Below are positions 59,401 through 64,000 of a DNA stretch of 64,000 nucleotides, piece by piece. Under the pieces are notes generated by a model. That model made no database searches. It saw nothing but the letters and a program-made list of their open reading frames with translations, and had not been told where the DNA came from. The stretch comes from Verrucomicrobiota bacterium (GTDB lineage Bacteria; Verrucomicrobiota; Verrucomicrobiia; Limisphaerales; SXQI01). The stretch lies in assembly GCA_033762115.1 (NCBI GenBank), contig JANRLX010000111.1:14399-78398 (forward strand), in the 5' to 3' direction. A program made the position numbers and the translations under genes. How positions within the stretch are numbered: position 1 is the stretch's first letter; each line of letters begins with the position of its first letter.

Positions 59401-60064
59401 ACAGAAAACTGCGATTCAATTTTGCAATCGCTCCACCCGCATCCAGCCGCGCCAACGGCCTGCTCGATTCCTCGAACTCCCGCTCCAGCTTTTGTTCCAG
59501 GCGGATGCTCTCCTCTTCCAATCGGTGCGCTCGCCTCTGCTCCGCGTGCAGTCGCTGCTGGATTTCCACCTGTCGCGCCAACGATTGCAAACCCTGCTTT
59601 TGCGCCAGATCCAGCGTCCGCGCCTTGACATCCAGCACGCAAATCGCTCCCGCCAGTTGATTGTCTGTGGACACCAGCGGCGTGCCGGCAAAATAACGGA
59701 TATTCGGCTTCTCCTTCACTGCGGGATGACTCGCCAGCGTCTCATCATTGGCCGTGTCAAAAAGCTCGAAAAAATAACGCTGCGTCGCCGCAATCGAACA
59801 AAAAGTGGAATCTTCGAAGACTAAATCCCAGGCCGCGTCAGCAGGATAAACGACTTGCCATCCGTCACTGTTTCTCCAGCAAATAAACGCCAGCGGAACC
59901 TCGCAAAGCGTCTGCGCCAGCAGCAGCAAATCCCGAAAGGCCTCCTCCGCCTGCCCCTTGGTTTGTCGGTCAACAGGCCTGCGAACACATTGAAAAAGAG
60001 GTTCCTCCCTCCGGGGCTTTTCAGACCCGACGGTGCCTGGAGTTTGGGACTCTTTTTTGGACAT
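56492..60064 (-). CDS. Cytoplasmic GAF-PAS-HisKA-HATPase-REC-REC hybrid kinase with a degenerate H-box
   Basis: GAF (IRYFAGTPL..GAICVLD) and PAS repeats; KSEFLASICQEMRTPLNG (His to Gln), NGIKFT and DTGIG motifs. Confidence 0.88.
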   Translation of the reverse strand: MSKKESQTPGTVGSEKPRREEPLFQCVRRPVDRQTKGQAEEAFRDLLLLAQTLCEVPLAFICWRNSDGWQVVYPADAAWDLVFEDSTFCSIAATQRYFFELFDTANDETLASHPAVKEKPNIRYFAGTPLVSTDNQLAGAICVLDVKARTLDLAQKQGLQSLARQVEIQQRLHAEQRRAHRLEEESIRLEQKLEREFEESSRPLARLDAGGAIAKLNRSFLSFIGGSKVELMELLSPSGREQWRQIIEEKQAAHHFEDRWLVGERAAVVRLSFLKSGDEWLLEVMDLTAEEEALEAKKLRHVESHLLAETLDEIGLLRLNSRYEIESLNAAAADLIGISADKLVGVSLFELGLESDGKSLRTPECELSGELEITCRNRSASAEFNLRMVPIRLEKGRPEYFVLLVCEKKAESRSEQGNVLEHSVFGMLITDSTHQCISANGRFQELTQRSWPDLAEKRWLNLFSNQEHLLNGLLLGVENGLSGKRELRLETGLKSVMVALHALPQGKGRTLWLVEDITGEHAAREAHMEQERALAQTVMQAPANLLVIDREMRVVLVSNRFLIEMGLDRGDVMGKSLPTLFREGEERWHRASAKCFQGLSEEREEDRLLRRDGTYDYVRWKMQPWQDEAEQIRGAILFLQTISTERAKRMELERGRELAERANRSKSEFLASICQEMRTPLNGVSGLTDLLLGTPVTSHQKEYLDLIKGSTQSMLRLVNDVLEFSRIDSSSNELEYLPFNLAECLDKAVRAHAGAARRKGLELLYHLVPGVPTVILGDEGRLLQVLNSLLDNGIKFTEKGEVVLKVELNSQAILEAGPRPAVDLHFSVRDTGIGMQPDKIRKILEAYSTGPEMPLFTAGTQGFGLLISNRLIKMMHGRLWVESEVGGGTTFHFTSGFGSAQSQENASVEINESFRDKPLLIVEGHLTTRRFLNDLLQHWGFKVTVIEKPASVMDVLEIAHEAGRRFAAVLIDTHAGDRHGFQIVETLLENDRHRSTPLVLLLQPDDPIEDYKKFGVSRTVRKPINPSELASVLKEIIAPESAAVPASPAKREPAPRQRSERQLPLTIMVVDDSQLNQEIAMGTLARQGHRVTIARNAREAMAIFERQHYDMVLLDMDLPHLEGLETLAAIRQKEQSTQKPVKVIAMTTDMMDANKERRLSVAMDGYLSTPIQANELTALIEQFRPQNPYG

Positions 60065-60278
60065 GGTCTCTCAGGCCAATAAATTGACCTAGACTAAAGC
60101 AACTCAGGTTCTCCCAGGCAAGGCAATAGAACGTCAAAAACCTGACCGCTGTTTATCTAACTATTCTTTCATCATGATGATAAAATAGCAACCATAAAAT
60201 GGGGAAATTGCCTGATGTAGATCATTGTCCATAATAATCTCAACCCGAACAACTTGCAAATAAACAAAGGCCCTGCCC

Positions 60279-60307
60279 TTGACGGATCGCTCCTGCTCAT
60301 CGAAAAT
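60279..60307 (+). promoter_or_regulatory. Probable sigma-70 promoter of ssrA
   Basis: TTGACG-17-GAAAAT, ending 13 bp before the mature tmRNA 5' end. Confidence 0.5.
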
Positions 60308-60320
60308 AGTTGCCTGTCTT

Positions 60321-60673
60321 GGGGGCGTACTGGTTTCGACTTGAAAGATACGCCAGAGGCGGCATGCCGAGGATGATTCGTTGGCCTCGTAAAAAATCGG
60401 ATCAAAAAATAAAAGCTAACAATGAATTAGCCCTCGCGGCCTAAGTTGCCGTGACGTTCACTGGTGGACACCTGCTACATCGGATGAACGCAATTGCAGG
60501 TTAGGTGATTGCGGAGACCGCGCGTTCCTCACCGAAATAATTTCATGCGGACTATGCAGTGCGACTCGGGCCGGGGCGTTATCGCACAGCAGACAAATTC
60601 ACCTCGGATAAGCATGTAGTCGCGGCTGGTTTACCGGTCAAGGACGCGGGTTCAACTCCCGCCGCCTCCACCA
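60321..60673 (+). ncRNA. ssrA: tmRNA
   Basis: 5' GGGGGCG..GGTTTCGAC; 3' T-arm GGTTCAACTCC and CGCCTCCACCA (Ala acceptor stem with G-U); tag ORF 60415-60444 encodes ANNELALAA*. Confidence 0.97.
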
Positions 60674-60686
60674 TTTTCTAGGGTGT

Positions 60687-60720
60687 TCGAACCGGCCTTT
60701 AAATGGGGTTCGATTTCATT
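60687..60720 (+). terminator. Weak hairpin or terminator after ssrA
   Basis: TCGAACC-13 nt-GGTTCGA followed by TTTCATT. Confidence 0.35.
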
Positions 60721-60723
60721 GCT

Positions 60724-61233
60724 TTAAAGGCTGTTCAACGCCGCAATCAGAAAACAGGCGAGGGAACCGGACAGTGACCAGATAAAGGCACTCGTTCCGA
60801 ATTTGTAAGACTGAAAGGTTCCGAAAATGTGGCCACATCCAGAAAATGCCATCAGACCGCAAAGTATGACGAGCTCGGGATTTCGAATGGCAATCATTGC
60901 AGCAATAGCTCCTCCATAGCTTTCGCCCATAAAATCCGCCTTCGATATTTTCAGGTATTTAACCAAAGCGACCACGTCTTTTGAATGCTGCTCGATACTT
61001 AATGGCCGATCAGCTATATCAGCGGTTCGGCCATGTCCCTGAAGATCCAAGGTGATGATCGTATGATCCATGTAGACGAGAGGTTTTCCCTCTCCCTCGA
61101 TCTGATAATACATTTTTAAGCCGTTTATCTCGGCGTACTTTCCGGACGGTGGGCGGTTGGCGTGAGCCAATGGTCGGGAGCAGGCGAGTACAAGCAACAA
61201 CGTAGTGACGACTTTGAACGGGGTAAGCTTCAT
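60724..61233 (-). pseudogene. Alpha/beta hydrolase pseudogene (internal deletion, C-terminus replaced)
   Basis: Keeps DLQGHGRT and GESYGG but lacks the oxyanion-hole segment after KPLVY; after RNPELV it continues into unrelated hydrophobic sequence. Confidence 0.7.
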
Positions 61234-61712
61234 TTTCGGACGCTCCTCTTTTTTGACTTCTTGGGAGGATGAGCGTCTTCCCAGCGATATTTTTTTCGAG
61301 ATCCGGTGCCAAATTGATCAAAAAAGATATCGAGAAAGTAGTTCCAGCCCCTTTTATGACCTTTCGCATTTCGTGTATTCGGAAGATCAGAATGCACCAA
61401 CGTCATCAACGTTTCTTTCCCTTTCTTTTCAAAGGTGATGGTGACCGTCGTTTCTTTTCCACTGGTGCTAGGAGACATCCAGGTGTGAACGAGTTTGCGT
61501 CCCCGTTGAAATTCGGTGAAGCGTCCATAATGAGCGGTTCCTTGAAGCGTCCAGTAGAAGAGGCCGCGAATTTTCGGTTGGTAGATATACTCATCAGCAG
61601 CGTTCCAAATGGTGCCTGATACCTTTGGGCTCAACCAACCATCAAAAATCTCGATGGGCGATCCCTGTATTGTTCGCTGAAATTTAAATTCAAGAGTTTT
61701 TTCGGAGTTCAT
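61230..61712 (-). CDS. SRPBCC/AHSA1-like domain protein
   Basis: RTI..SP.EIFDGW, KLVHTW, TTVTITF, TLMTLVH and GHKRGWNYFLD motifs. Confidence 0.88.
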   Translation of the reverse strand: MNSEKTLEFKFQRTIQGSPIEIFDGWLSPKVSGTIWNAADEYIYQPKIRGLFYWTLQGTAHYGRFTEFQRGRKLVHTWMSPSTSGKETTVTITFEKKGKETLMTLVHSDLPNTRNAKGHKRGWNYFLDIFFDQFGTGSRKKYRWEDAHPPKKSKKRSVRK

Positions 61713-61715
61713 AGT

Positions 61716-62036
61716 TCACCTTTTCTTTTTGTTTTTGAAATGCTGTTCAAACTTATCGAGGCGCTCGTTCCAGAACCGCTCATATTCATGCACCCATTCG
61801 GCGACAGCCTCCAGAGGCTCCGCCTTAAGGGAAATGAGCACCTCTCGGCCCTGCCTTTCGCGCTCGATAAGGCCCGCTCGTTCCAGCAGTTTTAAGTGCT
61901 TTGTGACTGCATTCAGGGCCAGATCAAACGGTTTTGCGACGTCAAGGAAGCGCGCCGGTGCAGAAGCGAGCTTTCCAATAATCGCTCTCCGAGTCGGATG
62001 CGAAATCGCGGTCAGAACATCTGAAAGTTGATCCAT
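61716..62036 (-). CDS. ArsR/SmtB family regulator
   Basis: AISHPTRRAII and VTKHLKLLERAGLI.R.RQGRE motifs; W..Y..FW...LD tail typical of SRPBCC-linked ArsRs. Confidence 0.92.
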   Translation of the reverse strand: MDQLSDVLTAISHPTRRAIIGKLASAPARFLDVAKPFDLALNAVTKHLKLLERAGLIERERQGREVLISLKAEPLEAVAEWVHEYERFWNERLDKFEQHFKNKKKR

Positions 62037-62037
62037 A

Positions 62038-62067
62038 AATTCATTACACCATAAGGTGTAATGAATT
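62038..62067. promoter_or_regulatory. Perfect 13-bp inverted repeat, likely the ArsR operator
   Basis: AATTCATTACACC-ATAA-GGTGTAATGAATT, 1 bp from the arsR start codon. Confidence 0.8.
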
Positions 62068-62147
62068 GCAATAGAAATTAAACCAGCAATAATTGGCACA
62101 GATTGATCCTCCACCATTCCTCAACGGGAACGATGCGTGGTATGGAG

Positions 62148-64000
62148 CTAAAGTGGGTATAACGCTTCGATCCAGACTTTCATCTCTCCTTCGCCCCGGT
62201 TGGACCAGAGGTAGTATGGGATAGCGGTGGCGTGGACGCGCTCGTTACCGCGCATGAGCATGCCTTCCAGGACAGTTGTCCCGCCCAGGAGGTCGGGGCG
62301 GTGACGGGTTTCAAACTTCGCGTTCTCGGGAAGAGTGAGGTCCAATACGCGTCCGCCATTATCCGCTCCCTCGAGGCAGTAGAGAATGGGACCGCGTTGG
62401 AAGGCAACTTTTCCCGCGCAGTCTTTGACTCGCTCGTTCGCTATAATGCGCCGCGTTCCCATCGGGAACTCCAGGTCGATTACGTCACCGGATTTCCACT
62501 CCCTCTCCAGGGAGGCATAACCGTTGGTGAGCACGCTGCCTAAGGGGGTCAGGCTGCTGTTTACGCTGAGCTTTGCGCGTTCTTGCTGTGCGTCAGCGAA
62601 GCGGTACAAGTCACTGGGCACAACCTCATTTCGGGCCCAGCCGGGAATACGGACATGCAGGCGGGTGAGGGTGGCACTCTGGTCGGCGGCTTGCAGCCGA
62701 ATCCGCACTTGGCCGTTCCATGCGTAGTCCCCTTCCTGCATAATTTTCCAGCGAGTGCCAGCGGCCTCCACTTCGGCAGTGCCCATGATGAACAGGTTCA
62801 CAAACAACTCGTCGGCGCGCGTGGCGTATGCGAAGCCGGGCAATTGCGGGAGGTAACGGGCGAGAGTGGGCGGACAACAGGCGCAGGGGAACCATTCCTT
62901 GCGCGTGGCTGAACTTTCGGCGTGCGGGAGATTCTTTCCATCGGCGGGGAGCCAGCCGAGGTTGAAGCGATACTTGCCGTCTGAGGCGAGCGGGCAGGCG
63001 TAGAAGTAGCGGTCGCCGGAAACGGAAACACCGGCGGCAAGGTTGTTGTAAAAGGTGCGCTCGATGACATCGAAATAGCGGGAATCGGGTTCGTTGCGAA
63101 ACATTCTGGTGGCCCACATGGGAAAGGAAACGGCGGCGCAAATTTCAGTGTAGGCAGTCAAGCTCGGGAGATCGTAGGCGGTGCCGAAGCCTTCGTTATC
63201 GTGACGTGAACCGATGCCGCCGTTGATGTAAAACTTGCGGCTGGTGACATCGTGCCAGAGCACCTGGAGCGCGCGGTGATAACGCTCATCTCCGGAAAGC
63301 CGCCCTACATCGGCCGCTCCGGAATAGAAGTAAGTGGCGCGCGGCGCTTGACCGACCGCTTCCCGCTGTTCAAAGAGCGGCGCATGGTCCTGCGAGAATT
63401 CACCACGTTTGTCCCGCCCGCCAGCTTCAGTGCCACGGAGATCAACGAAAAACTTTGCCAACTTCCACCAACGATCATCACCGGTGACATCGGACAAAGT
63501 GACGAGGGCGGGCTCGATTTCTTCATGACCGCAGACGTCCAAACGTTTCCCCGGGCCGAAGAGTCGATCAATCAGGCGGGCCTTATTTAGCGCGACATCC
63601 AGGAACGTGCGTTTTCCCGTCGCTTTGTAATGGGCGGCGCCAGCTTCGAAGAGATGGCCTGCAGAGTAGAGCTCGAGGTCGTCACCAAGATTGCTCCAGC
63701 GCTTCATTCGCTTTGGCCCTTTGCCGCGCTCGCTGAGTTGAATGACAGTACGAAGGTAGCCATCGGCGTCCTGCGCCTTTGCGATGATGCTGATGATTGC
63801 GTCCACCTCGCGTTCCAGTTCCGGATTGGGCTTCTGACTCAACGCATACGCCGCAGCCTCAATCGCCTTGTAAAGAAACTCATCGGAGTTCGGCAGGCCG
63901 AAGTAATTGCCATTTCGCAAACCGGCGACTTTCTCAAAATTCGCGATAATCCCCATGTCGCGGCACATCTGCAAATTGTGCGGCACGGTTACGCTCCTGT
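62148..64000 (-). CDS. Glycoside hydrolase family 127 (beta-L-arabinofuranosidase-like), 5' end outside the window
   Basis: DEFLYKAIEA, ELYSAGHLFEA, GHEEIE, YTEICA, CACCPP, RGPILYC and IPYYLWSNRG motifs. Confidence 0.9.
   Translation of the reverse strand, partial: RSVTVPHNLQMCRDMGIIANFEKVAGLRNGNYFGLPNSDEFLYKAIEAAAYALSQKPNPELEREVDAIISIIAKAQDADGYLRTVIQLSERGKGPKRMKRWSNLGDDLELYSAGHLFEAGAAHYKATGKRTFLDVALNKARLIDRLFGPGKRLDVCGHEEIEPALVTLSDVTGDDRWWKLAKFFVDLRGTEAGGRDKRGEFSQDHAPLFEQREAVGQAPRATYFYSGAADVGRLSGDERYHRALQVLWHDVTSRKFYINGGIGSRHDNEGFGTAYDLPSLTAYTEICAAVSFPMWATRMFRNEPDSRYFDVIERTFYNNLAAGVSVSGDRYFYACPLASDGKYRFNLGWLPADGKNLPHAESSATRKEWFPCACCPPTLARYLPQLPGFAYATRADELFVNLFIMGTAEVEAAGTRWKIMQEGDYAWNGQVRIRLQAADQSATLTRLHVRIPGWARNEVVPSDLYRFADAQQERAKLSVNSSLTPLGSVLTNGYASLEREWKSGDVIDLEFPMGTRRIIANERVKDCAGKVAFQRGPILYCLEGADNGGRVLDLTLPENAKFETRHRPDLLGGTTVLEGMLMRGNERVHATAIPYYLWSNRGEGEMKVWIEALYPL

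Larger units (their letters stand above)
60665..62118. mobile_element. Putative decayed islet at the tmRNA 3' end
   Basis: CCTCCACCATT at 60665-60675 is repeated at 62108-62118, bracketing three genes; no integrase. Confidence 0.4.

Noticed and set aside
1-64000. CRISPR array, rRNA, tRNA, transposase or integrase
   Set aside because: No repeat-spacer periodicity or recognisable motifs. The only tRNA-like ends belong to the tmRNA.

Overview
This is a 64-kb bacterial chromosomal segment, most likely from Verrucomicrobiota (inferred from the gene families and their style, not from a marker search). Housekeeping genes include typA, pgk-tpiA-secG, dnaA, argH, glmS, glgC, fdhD and ssrA (tmRNA, tag ANNELALAA). 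The accessory modules are: (1) a complete porin-cytochrome conduit operon made of an octaheme MtrA/MtoA-like lipoprotein, an MtrB/PioB-like barrel, a monoheme cytochrome c and a heptaheme ImcH-like NapC/NirT protein; (2) a four-gene cassette with three correctly spaced sigma-54 promoters, encoding a secreted Glu/Lys-rich protein, an outer-membrane barrel, a sensor kinase and a hybrid kinase lacking its phosphoacceptor His; (3) a second His-less hybrid kinase; (4) a BlaI/BlaR1-like pair with twin operators followed by an uncharacterised membrane coiled-coil and vWA-like/YfaP-like gene pair; (5) a sulfate-uptake operon that breaks off in a cysT stump; (6) an unannotated 34-aa zinc-ribbon microprotein; (7) a decaying islet at the tmRNA 3' end. 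Hand-sampled GC skew appears to invert with terminus-type polarity at about 31-40 kb, close to dnaA. I found no CRISPR array, rRNA, tRNA, transposase or integrase. All family calls come from motif recognition; no database searches were run.
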